DNA of 64,000 nucleotides from Candidatus Levyibacteriota bacterium (GTDB lineage Bacteria; Patescibacteriota; Microgenomatia; Levybacterales; UBA12049), in assembly GCA_027459745.1 (NCBI GenBank), contig DAIDHL010000002.1:9113-73112 (forward strand). The letters run 5' to 3'. The notes under the pieces are model-generated. The model was not told the DNA's origin. It saw nothing but the letters and a program-made list of their open reading frames with translations, and did not search any database. This document shows, in pieces, positions 9,025 to 18,960 of this stretch. Each line of letters begins with the position of its first letter. The stretch's first letter is position 1. The position numbers and the translations under genes were made by a program.

Positions 9025-10113
9025 TTAGGTCATTTGTTTATTATCTCCCAATTCTATCACCTTAGCCTGTTTTAAAATATCTTTATTTACAAATTCTTCA
9101 TGTGTGGTGGTAATAATGGTTTGTTGTCCACTCACCATCTCTGAAACTAAATTAATATGTCCTTCATCTAATTCAGAAAAAATATCATCTAATAATAATA
9201 AAGGCGCTGTATCTAAGTGCTCTTTTAAATACTTAAGTTGTAATAATTTGAGTTGCAAAACCACTAAGCGCTGTTGTCCTCTACTGCCAAATGCTTTCGC
9301 CATTCTCAAGTCATTACCCGTAGTGCTTAATTCAATCGCTAGATCATCTCTCTGAGGTCCCACCAATGTCACTCCCGCACTAATCTCAGCTTCCTTATAT
9401 TTATCTAGCCGTTCTTGCGAAATAATGCTGTGATCATACAGGAGATGACAATCAATAATGACTTTTGTTTGCTGGTTAACATAATCGATAAATTGCTGTC
9501 TTATTTTATGTAAATACTGGCCGTGTTTAATTAGAATCTCATCCCAGTAACTAAATTCCCGCTCACTGCGCACTCCCGTATCACGGACTTTGTCGATCAG
9601 AGCATTGCGTTGTCTCAGTGCTTTGCCGTACTGAGTCAGGCTAAGCTTATAATCCATGTCTGTTTGTTCCAATACCTGATCAAGGAAACTGCGGCGGTAA
9701 CTAGGGCCATCACTGATAATTTCTAAATCGATGGGCGTAAAAAGCAAAATGGGCAAAAAACTACTAAATTCCACTCTGCGCTTAGCGGTATCATTCACCA
9801 AAAAACGCTTGCCTGCTCGATGTTGGGCAGATTCGGCTGTAATTAAGACCTCTAAAATATTTTTCTCTTCCTTACCCTCAGACAGATCTTTAACTAAACC
9901 TTTCACCCGAGCAAAATCTTCACCAAAACGTATTAATTCTTCTTCTTTGTCTGTAAGAAAACTTTTGCCAGTTGCCAACAGATGAATTCCATCTAAAAGA
10001 TTGGTTTTACCGGCTGTATTGCGCCCTACAATCACCGTGGTCTGATCATTAAATGAAAAATTATCTAAGTGGTAATTGCGAAATTGTTGTAGTGCAATGG
10101 AAGCTAAAATCAT
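9025..10113 (-). CDS. recF: DNA replication and repair protein RecF
   Basis: 'FRNY' N-terminus, Walker A 'GRNTAGKTNLLD', signature and 'LLLDDIFSELD' Walker B. The ORF extends to 10185. Met25 (MILASIALQQFRNY) matches canonical RecF N-termini. Confidence 0.8.
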   Translation of the reverse strand: MILASIALQQFRNYHLDNFSFNDQTTVIVGRNTAGKTNLLDGIHLLATGKSFLTDKEEELIRFGEDFARVKGLVKDLSEGKEEKNILEVLITAESAQHRAGKRFLVNDTAKRRVEFSSFLPILLFTPIDLEIISDGPSYRRSFLDQVLEQTDMDYKLSLTQYGKALRQRNALIDKVRDTGVRSEREFSYWDEILIKHGQYLHKIRQQFIDYVNQQTKVIIDCHLLYDHSIISQERLDKYKEAEISAGVTLVGPQRDDLAIELSTTGNDLRMAKAFGSRGQQRLVVLQLKLLQLKYLKEHLDTAPLLLLDDIFSELDEGHINLVSEMVSGQQTIITTTHEEFVNKDILKQAKVIELGDNKQMT

Positions 10114-10221
10114 GGAGATTAATGGGCGAGATATAAGAATTTTCCTTATTACGTACTTTCTCTGGAGAATATATTTCCAGATCAATGTTAAGAAAAAAAC
10201 TTCGTATCGAGCGATTACTGA

Positions 10222-10926
10222 TTATTCTATCACTGTTCCGACAAAATCTTTATTCTCAAAAAAATTATTCAGATTATCAAAATCCTTGCCCATAACTACC
10301 ACCTTAATACCAAATTCTTGAGCTCTTTTAGCGGCAATTGGATCAAACGGAGCATTCATACCTGGACTCCATTTATCCCCAATTAATTCTCGAAAATCAG
10401 CCCAGGAAATGCTATTAATTGGCTTGGCATCTGGAACCTTTTTGGGATCTTTATCATAGACCTGGCTAATATTACTCATATTGATAACCGTCTTGATATG
10501 ATAATCTTCACATAATAAAGTAGCACAGTAATCGGTTGACCAGCCTGGTTTCCATCCAGCAGCAACGACCACTTGTTCAGGAACTTTGCGTATGATTTCA
10601 TAATGTTTGATAAGGTTGGGATGAGCAATATCGCGGAAAATTGTGCGGACGAGCTGGGCATTTAAACGAGTGGCATGAATCCCTAGCCAATCCATATCAT
10701 CTTCAGTCAGGTCATGACCCACTACTTCTCTACCTGCATCACGATAATGTCTGGCCGTGGTTCCTCCTCCTATAACCAAAAAAAACTGGCGGTCTTGATG
10801 ATTCGCCAGTTGATTACGCACAAAAGTATTTAAACGTTTTAAAAATTCAGTATCAATGCCACCATTGGGAACTACTAAAGAGCCACCCACCGATATAATC
10901 ACCTTATCAGAATAATTACTACCCAT
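10222..10926 (-). CDS. pyrH: UMP kinase, archaeal type (amino-acid kinase fold)
   Basis: 'ISVGGSLV', 'VIGGGTTAR', 'AGWKPGWSTD' (GGT.PG.TTD-like), 'ISQVYDKDP' and 'FDPIAA...GTVIE' match the archaeal UMPK pattern. Confidence 0.7.
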   Translation of the reverse strand: MGSNYSDKVIISVGGSLVVPNGGIDTEFLKRLNTFVRNQLANHQDRQFFLVIGGGTTARHYRDAGREVVGHDLTEDDMDWLGIHATRLNAQLVRTIFRDIAHPNLIKHYEIIRKVPEQVVVAAGWKPGWSTDYCATLLCEDYHIKTVINMSNISQVYDKDPKKVPDAKPINSISWADFRELIGDKWSPGMNAPFDPIAAKRAQEFGIKVVVMGKDFDNLNNFFENKDFVGTVIE

Positions 10927-11089
10927 AAAAAAGGCACTTTTGATGTAGCGCCACCAAAGATAGTAGCATAACGCTTAAAAAAAGACAAATCTGTTGAGTA
11001 TTTATAACTTATTTTGAATTTAGAATCTAAAATTCATAATTCAGAGTTCTGTCTTTATTTCTATTTTTTAAACCATTCTGCATCCTAAA

Positions 11090-12070
11090 TTAGCTTTGGC
11101 AGGCGGGGCAATAGAAAGTTCCCCTACCTCCCACCACTTCCCTTAAAATCTTGGCACCACATCTTGGACAATTCTTACCAACCTGTCCATATACTAAAAA
11201 ATGTTTTTGGTATTGTCCTTCTTGGCCAAGTGCATTTACAAAATTAGTCTCGCTCGCCCCACCCAAAGAAATACTTTTTTGTAAAACTGATTCGATGGCC
11301 TCAAATAAACTTCTGCTTTCAGTTTCACTTAAACTATTAGCACTTCGCTTGGGATTAATACGAGCTAACCATAACGCATCATTGGCATAAATATTACCTA
11401 TCCCACCAATCTTTTTTTGTTCCATTAATAATGGTTTGATAGAGCCTTTGTTGGGTTTAATAATTTGCTTAAACGTAGCTAAATCTAAATCTTTTAATGG
11501 TTCTGGACCGAGATCGCGGAAAAAAGATAAAGTTTTGAGTTCAGAAGTCTTTATAACTTTCAGCCAGCCAAATTGTCTGATGTCATTATAGAACAAAGTG
11601 GCTTCAAAACTGTCATTGCCAGGATTCATAGAAGCCGTGGCAATCTTACCTTTACTACTAGATTGCTTCGCTTTCGCTCGCAATGACGCAACATATTTCT
11701 CCCCAACTTTTAACTTTTGATTTTTAACTTTTAACTTAAATATTACGTGTGTATATTTATTTGGCAACTTCCCCATTACTTTCTTTGAATGCTCCACCTT
11801 TGACCCTTCTGTCTCCTTTGTCACCTGTGACCCCTCAAAAATGAGCTGTCCCGTCATCTTCACATGAATCGCCAAAGAATACTCATTATTGAAATGAATT
11901 ACTAACCCTTTACCAAACCGCTCGACCTGGATTATCTCGGCATCTAAAATATCTGCTTTATCACCAAAAAATAAGCGCGGCAAACGCACGTCGATCTCCG
12001 TGATAGTTAAACCGACTAAATGTTTCTCCAACCCTCTTCTAATGGTTTCAACTTCTGGTAATTCAGGCAT
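11090..12070 (-). CDS. fpg: Formamidopyrimidine-DNA glycosylase (Fpg/MutM) with an internal in-frame insertion
   Basis: N-terminus MPELPEVE (catalytic Pro2). C-terminal zinc finger CPRCG...CPACQ. At 326 aa it is about 50 aa longer than typical Fpg, and the palindromic element (copy C) is embedded in-frame. Confidence 0.85.
   Translation of the reverse strand: MPELPEVETIRRGLEKHLVGLTITEIDVRLPRLFFGDKADILDAEIIQVERFGKGLVIHFNNEYSLAIHVKMTGQLIFEGSQVTKETEGSKVEHSKKVMGKLPNKYTHVIFKLKVKNQKLKVGEKYVASLRAKAKQSSSKGKIATASMNPGNDSFEATLFYNDIRQFGWLKVIKTSELKTLSFFRDLGPEPLKDLDLATFKQIIKPNKGSIKPLLMEQKKIGGIGNIYANDALWLARINPKRSANSLSETESRSLFEAIESVLQKSISLGGASETNFVNALGQEGQYQKHFLVYGQVGKNCPRCGAKILREVVGGRGTFYCPACQS
11612..11688. 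repeat. Nested palindromic MITE/RPE-like element, copy C, in-frame inside fpg
   Basis: GTCATTGCCAG ... CTCGCAATGACG termini. Internal GGCAATC...GATTGCTTCG palindrome. Encodes the '...VASLRAKAKQSS...' segment of Fpg. Confidence 0.65.
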
Positions 12071-12205
12071 AATTCTTTCCTTTCATCTTGTTCCTTGCCC
12101 CGTAAACACGCCCTTGCGAGGCGAGGATGTAAACCTCGCGAGCAAGTAAGTGCTCTATGGGGTCAACCTCTGGTAATTCTGGCACTATTTTCTCCTTTTT
12201 GTAGG

Positions 12206-13225
12206 CTAAGCAGCTCTTAAGGCATCTAAACTAGCTTTGTCTGTCACAGAGTATACATATATTACTTCTGGCACCTTCTTCCCATCTTTCACCATATGTT
12301 CATGCGTTTGTTTGACTGTACTCTCCAAAAATTTACTGGCTGCTAGCTCGACAAAAGTATCCTGACCTTTTTGCAGCATTCCGCCTACAAAATTAGACCA
12401 ACGTACAGGTTTACATAAAGCAGAAGAAAGTTCACGACGAATATCATCAGATGTTTTCAATCTCTTTAGTTGTGTATTAGCATAAACTGGTATCTCAGGT
12501 CCATCTATCACAATTGATTTTAAGTCTTCATATAGATTGCTAGCTGCTTGTTTAATCAAGCGTGTATGAGAAACACCCACTATTCCTTCCAGAGTCCGAG
12601 CTAATGATGCTCCTCTTGTCTTAGCTAAACGCAAGGCTTCTTTGACTATATCTTCATCAATGCCTGATAAAACAAATTGTATGGGCGAATTATCATTGGA
12701 AATTCCCAACATGTTTGATAAAGGCGGGAGCTTGTCGCTAATTCTTTGAGTATTAACTTTATCTTTCATGTCTTTAATAATTCCAACAATTGAATCTAAT
12801 TGTAATCCCATCACTATACCCATCTTACCTGGAAAAGATCTGGAGGCTTCTGCCATATGTTGTGCACGCTTGGTCACAATAGTATTCAAGGTTGGTAAAT
12901 CATACGCACCAGCTGCATATAGAGCAATTGGTAAACCTAAACTATGGCCTGAAAAAGCTACCGGTTTTTTATGACCCATATCTGTAGTTTGAGTAAAGGC
13001 ATCATACAAAGCAGCTTCATAATACATGATTCTTGATTGTCGGCGGACTGATTCGACTACGGGGTTTTCACTCGGAGCAGCTGCAGTTTCTAACATAGAG
13101 TTAACAATCTGTGGTACTCTTCCCACTTGAGGCAATGATACGACTTTAGACTCTAATCCTTCCCGGAATACTCCTTGTCCTCCCACACCGATAATATATG
13201 GTCTACGATCAACCGATATTGGCAT
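12206..13225 (-). CDS. FabD-like acyltransferase (malonyl-CoA:ACP transacylase family)
   Basis: 'IIGVGGQG' resembles FPGQGSQ. 'FSGHSLGL' is the GHSLG nucleophile elbow. 'NSPIQFVLSG' and 'PVRW...FVELA' resemble conserved FabD blocks. The Glu after GHSLG is replaced by Leu. Confidence 0.55.
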   Translation of the reverse strand: MPISVDRRPYIIGVGGQGVFREGLESKVVSLPQVGRVPQIVNSMLETAAAPSENPVVESVRRQSRIMYYEAALYDAFTQTTDMGHKKPVAFSGHSLGLPIALYAAGAYDLPTLNTIVTKRAQHMAEASRSFPGKMGIVMGLQLDSIVGIIKDMKDKVNTQRISDKLPPLSNMLGISNDNSPIQFVLSGIDEDIVKEALRLAKTRGASLARTLEGIVGVSHTRLIKQAASNLYEDLKSIVIDGPEIPVYANTQLKRLKTSDDIRRELSSALCKPVRWSNFVGGMLQKGQDTFVELAASKFLESTVKQTHEHMVKDGKKVPEVIYVYSVTDKASLDALRAA

Positions 13226-13243
13226 ATTTCATTAGCGTCCTTT

Positions 13244-14434
13244 CTACTTACTACCAACTACTATCTTTTTTATTTCCTTCATAAATCTTTCTTTACTAAA
13301 CTTCTCAGCACGTTTCTCACATTCTTTAGGATCAAACTTCATTTTTTCAAACTTCTCCATGGCCTCAATAAGACTCTGTACACTTAAACCATCAAAGAAA
13401 AGTCCGGTTTTGCCTTCCACTACTGTTTCTTGTACTCCACCACTTCTATGGGCAATTACGGGCGTTCCAGCCGCCATACTTTCGACTGGCATGATACCAA
13501 AATCTTCATCCTCAGACGCAAACAAGTAAGCTTTTGCACCCCGATACAACTCCCACTTCTCTTCTTCTGTTACTTCCCCTAAAAACTCTATTAAACTGTC
13601 ATTCCGGACTTGATCCGGAATCTTCTGAGATCCTGAAACAAGTTCAGGATGACTACGTGCTATATCCTCCAGCTCGCTTCCATACCCGGCAAATGATTTA
13701 CCAAAAATCTTAAGCGGTTTATGCAGATCAATACACGCACGAATAATTAAATCTATATGTTTAGCTCTCGCTAATCTACCGCCAGCCAAATAGTATCCAG
13801 TATCTGGTATTTTGTATTTAATATTTTTGTGTTCCTTAATACTTGATGCTTGATACTTAATACCAATATCAACGGGTGGATATATCACAACCGCCTCTTT
13901 ACGATAGAATTTTTTAATACGTTTGGCCACTTCTTCTGAATTCGCAATATATTGATCCACATTTTGCGCTGCCACAAAATCTTGCATTCTTAATAAGTGA
14001 TTTGCTACATGAGCAGTAGCATTTAACCAAGGGTTTTTCTTCCAATTCCGCGCCGTAGCATATCCATATAGGTACCTAGGTGGTGTATGGCAGTAACAAA
14101 ATAACTTACCACTTTTTTTGTTCAATGTGTTGGGAATATAAGCCCCTGTGGACGAGGAGATAATCACATCAAATCCGGAGAAATCAAAATTTTTGAATAC
14201 TGATGATGATAAAAGTCGAAAAGGGCTGATCAATTTATGTTTAAAGGGAATGTTCTGCAAATAGGATGTCCTGATATCCCAATTGGCAAATCTTTGACGA
14301 TGCGGTCCCAAAAATTGCGGCAAATAAACTGAAGTGAACACGGGTGCATCCGGAAAAACCTCATGCAAAGCTTCCAATACTTTTTCTGCACCTCCGTATT
14401 CTTTGATATAATCATGTACTAATGCAACCTTCAT
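13244..14434 (-). CDS. Glycosyltransferase family 4 (GT-B fold)
   Basis: 'EDFGIMPVESMAAGTPVIAHRSGGVQETVVEGKTGLFFD' is the classical GT4 E-x7-E region. Confidence 0.8.
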   Translation of the reverse strand: MKVALVHDYIKEYGGAEKVLEALHEVFPDAPVFTSVYLPQFLGPHRQRFANWDIRTSYLQNIPFKHKLISPFRLLSSSVFKNFDFSGFDVIISSSTGAYIPNTLNKKSGKLFCYCHTPPRYLYGYATARNWKKNPWLNATAHVANHLLRMQDFVAAQNVDQYIANSEEVAKRIKKFYRKEAVVIYPPVDIGIKYQASSIKEHKNIKYKIPDTGYYLAGGRLARAKHIDLIIRACIDLHKPLKIFGKSFAGYGSELEDIARSHPELVSGSQKIPDQVRNDSLIEFLGEVTEEEKWELYRGAKAYLFASEDEDFGIMPVESMAAGTPVIAHRSGGVQETVVEGKTGLFFDGLSVQSLIEAMEKFEKMKFDPKECEKRAEKFSKERFMKEIKKIVVGSK

Positions 14435-14464
14435 AGTTTAATATATTCAATTGCTATATCACTA

Positions 14465-14530
14465 TCCCCTCTCCTAAGAGGAGAGGGTTAGGGTGAGGTT
14501 AATAATATAACCAAACAACAATTTAATAAT
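14465..14530. repeat. Intergenic palindromic motif, copy 2 (GGAGAGGGTTAGGGTGAGGTT...AACCAAACA)
   Basis: Matches copy 1 at 8935-9020. Contains hairpin CCCTCTCC-TAAG-AGGAGAGGG. Located upstream of the GT4 gene start. Confidence 0.5.
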
Positions 14531-15472
14531 CTACAATAACTCCATCTGCCCATTACCCTTTTCTCTTTTAGATGGAATGCACTCAGGAAAGGTCAGGAGC
14601 AATCTCTTTTGCAGTGTCCGCGACCCTAATTTAACAAACTCCTTTTGCAGAGCCGCAATATCAAACTTGGCTACCGCACACTTGGCTAGGTCAAATTGTA
14701 GGGGTACATCTCGCATAATGGTAGCAAGTTTTTTCGCTAAGGCCGCTTGTTCGGCGTCAGTGGCAAGTTGTAAGCTTTGTTTTTGGGATAATTCACCTAA
14801 ATTCTGATATAGATTTTCGAAGGTTTTAAATTTTTGCAACAAACTAGCCGCAGTTTTAGGACCTATACCCGTAACGCCAGGATAACCGTCAGATTGATCT
14901 CCAATCAATGCTTTATAATCAATAAATTGCGCGGGTGTCACCCCATATTTTTCTTCCACTGCCCCTGCATCAAACAAAGCCGTCTTGGTCATACCCGTGA
15001 TTAACATTAAGACTTTGGTATGTTCATTCACTAACTGCAACAAATCTCTATCTCCCGTAACAATAATTGTTTCAATATTTTTTTTTGCATCAATATTGGA
15101 AATTGTACCGATCAAATCATCAGCCTCAAATCCATCCAAACCAAATATAGGTACACGCATTTGCTCTAAAATATGCTGCACCCTAGGAAATTGAGGCACA
15201 AAATCATTAGCCAACGGGGGCCTATGTTCATGGTAGCCAACATATAACTCTTGTCGAAACGTCGGCTTGCCTCGATCAAAACATACAGCCAAGTAATCAG
15301 GCTTTTGATCTGCCAGCATATTCAGTAACATCGAAAAGAAGCCATACACTGCATTAACTACCACACCCTCTGGATCAGTCAGCGGAGGCAATGCATGGTA
15401 AGCCCGATGCATAATCGCATTACCATCAATCACGACTAGTTTCTTTGTCCTGAGCTGCGCCGTAGGATTCAT
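14531..15472 (-). CDS. 5'-3' exonuclease / flap endonuclease (Pol I N-terminal domain-like)
   Basis: 'LVVIDGNAIMHRAYHA', 'GDRDLLQLV' and 'GIGPKTAASLL' H3TH motifs. Confidence 0.8.
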   Translation of the reverse strand: MNPTAQLRTKKLVVIDGNAIMHRAYHALPPLTDPEGVVVNAVYGFFSMLLNMLADQKPDYLAVCFDRGKPTFRQELYVGYHEHRPPLANDFVPQFPRVQHILEQMRVPIFGLDGFEADDLIGTISNIDAKKNIETIIVTGDRDLLQLVNEHTKVLMLITGMTKTALFDAGAVEEKYGVTPAQFIDYKALIGDQSDGYPGVTGIGPKTAASLLQKFKTFENLYQNLGELSQKQSLQLATDAEQAALAKKLATIMRDVPLQFDLAKCAVAKFDIAALQKEFVKLGSRTLQKRLLLTFPECIPSKREKGNGQMELL

Positions 15473-15516
15473 AGGCTAATTGTAGCAAATTTAAACCTTT
15501 TTAACTTCCTCATCCT

Positions 15517-16110
15517 CTATCTCAGTTTTGTTTTCAGAAAGTCTACTAACTCCTGCGATCTCAAGCCTTGTCTAATATTAGTCAGATGATTAAAGGGATT
15601 AAAAACTAAAGCTGGGTATTGAATATTGGTTGCCCCGTCTAAATTAGTAGTGCTAGGTGGAACCAACCTATCATGAGTTCCTCTCATAGTCATTATATGT
15701 TCTCTTCGCTGTGCCGTCAGATAAGGCAAAATCTGCGCTTCCACATGCACTACTGCATCATAAAAAGCAGAACTTTGACTGGCCGCCTGTTCTAAGGTCG
15801 GATAAACATTTTCCCCTCTTCTTAAACGTCCAGACACATTAACCATGGCCTCAATCTCAGCCAAATCAGCGGCTGCTGAAAAGACTAAACTAGCACCAGC
15901 ACTTACACCAATAACTGCTTTAATGTCACGAAAACGGAGTTCTTTTCTCACTCGTCTTATTTTCTGTGCCAGAGATTCCTCTTTACTACGCCAATTACCC
16001 GACATCACTCTTATCTCAAAACCAGCCTGTTCTAAGCCTTCGCTTGTTTTTTTCATGGTCTGCACATTGTCACTTAAGCCTGGAATTAATAATATTTTAG
16101 GTCTTTCCAT
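15517..16110 (-). CDS. Alpha/beta hydrolase fold protein
   Basis: 'KILLIPG' N-terminus and nucleophile-elbow-like 'GVSAGAS'. Confidence 0.5.
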   Translation of the reverse strand: MERPKILLIPGLSDNVQTMKKTSEGLEQAGFEIRVMSGNWRSKEESLAQKIRRVRKELRFRDIKAVIGVSAGASLVFSAAADLAEIEAMVNVSGRLRRGENVYPTLEQAASQSSAFYDAVVHVEAQILPYLTAQRREHIMTMRGTHDRLVPPSTTNLDGATNIQYPALVFNPFNHLTNIRQGLRSQELVDFLKTKLR

Positions 16111-16130
16111 CGATGCATTTTAGCAGATTG

Positions 16131-16961
16131 CTAGCCAAGGGCCACTTTATCTGTTTGTGCCAGCGTTACTGTAGGCAATAAATATTCTCCATAGCTGGCT
16201 TCTATTTCTGTTGCAAATCCATTCTCCACCAAACGCATCAACTCACCTCTTACCACTCCTCTAAACTCTACAGCTGCCTCTGGGGATAATAATCCCAGTA
16301 AAGGTGGCACATATGACATCATCTTATCCAAAGCGCCCATGTGTCTCTGTCTCAGCTCTGGAGTAATCAACTGACCATGTCTTTTTGAATTATAAACATA
16401 CTCCACCCCAGTTCGGCTAATCGAATGCACTTTATCTATAAAATTAGTTAAGAGAGCTTCTTTATCGGTAACTGGTTGGTCACTTTGCAAAACGTGCTTC
16501 ACATTTTCATAACGGTAGTATGCTTCTAAAACTGCTTGACGTTGTTCTTTTCGTACATACTTATTAACCATTAACCTAGTAATCAATGACTCTGCTCTTT
16601 TTTTTCTTCTTCCTTCCCTTGAGTCCCGATAAACTCCTACCGCTGGCACGTCTCCTGTGATTATTTCTGCTGCATCATGTACTATAATCATTCGTTGCAT
16701 TGCTGGAAAATTAATCTCAGCTGATAAGTGTGGATTGTAAGTCGCTATGTCTTGTGCAATCGAACCTAACGCAAAGATATGATCCATATCATACTCATGT
16801 AAACCTTCAACTAGATGTTTTATTGGTTCATCCTGCCACCTAAGAATGTGTCGCATAGATCTTTCATAAGCTCGACGATTTTTTCGATTTAAACTTGCTT
16901 TATAAAACTCTTTTGTTTTGAGAGAAAATACATTCGACTTAAGGATTGTTTCAACTGCCAT
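16131..16961 (-). CDS. HD-domain phosphohydrolase
   Basis: 'HDAAEIITGDVP' H-D...E...GD metal-binding signature. Confidence 0.55.
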   Translation of the reverse strand: MAVETILKSNVFSLKTKEFYKASLNRKNRRAYERSMRHILRWQDEPIKHLVEGLHEYDMDHIFALGSIAQDIATYNPHLSAEINFPAMQRMIIVHDAAEIITGDVPAVGVYRDSREGRRKKRAESLITRLMVNKYVRKEQRQAVLEAYYRYENVKHVLQSDQPVTDKEALLTNFIDKVHSISRTGVEYVYNSKRHGQLITPELRQRHMGALDKMMSYVPPLLGLLSPEAAVEFRGVVRGELMRLVENGFATEIEASYGEYLLPTVTLAQTDKVALG

Positions 16962-16979
16962 AAATTGTATGTGTAAAAC

Positions 16980-18872
16980 TTAGGCTTTAGCCATAGCAGG
17001 GGTAACTTTGGGGCCAATTAATTTTACAAATTCATCTGCATCCATCGTTTCTTTCTTAAGCAACTCTTCAGCTAACAAATCTAATTTGGAGCGCAGTTTT
17101 TTCAAAATATCCAGTGCTTGTTTGTAGGCTTTATCAGTCATTTTCTTAACTTCCTCATCTACCCTAGCTGCCATTTCTGGCGACAATTCTGATTGCTCAT
17201 AAATATTCTGCCTGTCACCTTCAAAATCAATTGGCCCCAAGCTACTCATACCAAATTTCATAACCATAGCCCGAGCTACGTGGGTAGCTTTTTCAATATC
17301 TGAACCAGCACCAGTAGTCATTTCGTCAAAGACAATTTGTTCCGCAGCCCGTCCTCCTAACATGGCGACAATTTGTTCTAATAAATGAGTCTTAGTTTCA
17401 TGAGTCCTTTCAATGGGTTCCATCATGGTATGTCCCAGAGCCATACCTCGGCGCACAATAGAGATACGATGTACGGGTTCCAAATGAGGCAATTCCCACA
17501 TTACTAGAGCATGTCCAGCTTCATGATAAGCAGTCATACGACGATCGTCTTCTGATTGTAATTGTTTTTTCTCTGGTCCCAACTTAACTTTAGTGGCAGC
17601 TTCTTCTAAATCAGTCATATCGATAGCTTTTTTATTTAAACGTGCCGCCAAAATTGCCGACTCATTTAACATATTCTCCAAATCAGCCCCAGAAAAACCA
17701 ACTGTACGGCGAGAAACCTTATCCCAATCGACTTCTGGTGTAAATGGTTTACCTTTGGCATGAATAGCCAAAATGGCTTTGCGCCCTTCTACATCCGGCA
17801 AGTCAAGTGTTACTCGACGATCAAAACGTCCTGGACGAACTAAAGCTGGATCAAGAACATCGGGCCTATTTGTTGCAGCCATAACCACAATCTGTTCATT
17901 GGGATTAAATCCATCCATCTCGACTAAAATTTGATTCAAAGTTTGCTCTCGTTCATCATGTCCGCCCATTAGACCCGCACCACGTTGTCGACCAATAGCA
18001 TCAATTTCATCGATAAAGATAATGGCAGGTTGGCTCTTTTTGGCGGTATTAAATAAATCACGTACGCGACTTGCACCTACTCCCACCAACATTTCCATAA
18101 ATTCAGATCCAGCCATTGAGAAAAATGCCACGTTAGCCTCACCAGCTGTTGCCCGAGCCAAAAGTGTTTTACCCGTACCTGCTGGTCCAACCATCAAAAC
18201 ACCTTTGGGTGTACGTGCACCCATCGATTTATATTTACCTGGGTTTTTCAAGAAATCGACGATTTCCGTCAATTCTTGCTTGGCTTCATCGACACCTGCC
18301 ACGTTTGCAAAAGTTGTACGTGGATTATCTTTGTTAAATAATTTGGCACGTGATTGTCCAAAAGAAAAAATATTTTCTTGTGTTCCCCTAGCTTGACGGA
18401 ACATGAAATACAAGAATCCGATTAACAAAACTACTGGGATTACTCCGCCTAAAAAGTTAAGCCAATTAGCCAAAGAATTATCCGTCACCACATTGACCTT
18501 CACTGAATCAGGGATAGAAGCACCTGCATTTTTGAAAAAAGTATAAACGTCAGTTCCGGGATCCCGATTTGCAGAAATAACTGCTCCATTTTTTTCAGTC
18601 GCAGTAAATTTATCCGTCGTAACTGTCATTGATTTCACTTTACCAGCCTTTATATCGTTTACAATTTGCGATACACTGACGCTTTTACTGTTATCTACTG
18701 GCACACTTAGCGCAGCGAAAATAAATAATAAGAAGATAAACAAAAATCCATAAATTATTGCTGATTTCCAGGAAAATTTTTTACTAAATTTTGCATTGAG
18801 TTGTTTAGGTAATTTACTTCCGTTTGTTTTTTTATTTGTAGAGTTATTAGAGGCTGCCATAAGTATGAGCAA
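16980..18872 (-). CDS. ftsH: ATP-dependent zinc metalloprotease FtsH
   Basis: Two N-terminal TM helices. AAA Walker A '[13 protein letters not shown]'. SRH, and zinc site 'HEAGHAL'. Confidence 0.9.
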   Translation of the reverse strand: MLILMAASNNSTNKKTNGSKLPKQLNAKFSKKFSWKSAIIYGFLFIFLLFIFAALSVPVDNSKSVSVSQIVNDIKAGKVKSMTVTTDKFTATEKNGAVISANRDPGTDVYTFFKNAGASIPDSVKVNVVTDNSLANWLNFLGGVIPVVLLIGFLYFMFRQARGTQENIFSFGQSRAKLFNKDNPRTTFANVAGVDEAKQELTEIVDFLKNPGKYKSMGARTPKGVLMVGPAGTGKTLLARATAGEANVAFFSMAGSEFMEMLVGVGASRVRDLFNTAKKSQPAIIFIDEIDAIGRQRGAGLMGGHDEREQTLNQILVEMDGFNPNEQIVVMAATNRPDVLDPALVRPGRFDRRVTLDLPDVEGRKAILAIHAKGKPFTPEVDWDKVSRRTVGFSGADLENMLNESAILAARLNKKAIDMTDLEEAATKVKLGPEKKQLQSEDDRRMTAYHEAGHALVMWELPHLEPVHRISIVRRGMALGHTMMEPIERTHETKTHLLEQIVAMLGGRAAEQIVFDEMTTGAGSDIEKATHVARAMVMKFGMSSLGPIDFEGDRQNIYEQSELSPEMAARVDEEVKKMTDKAYKQALDILKKLRSKLDLLAEELLKKETMDADEFVKLIGPKVTPAMAKA

Positions 18873-18960
18873 TTATAGCAGAAAAGCAAAGTTTTTGCCA
18901 GTAAAAGATTTTCTCTCAATTGAAAAATTCGAGGCTAAAAAACTATTTCTTGCACTTCCC

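Noticed and set aside
12071-12160. Counting the GC-rich palindromic insert upstream of fpg as a full member of the GTCATTGCGAG element family
   Set aside because: It has a related left end (CCTTGCGAGG) and palindromes, but lacks the canonical right terminus and internal GATTGCTTC palindrome. It is treated as a degenerate relative or scar instead.
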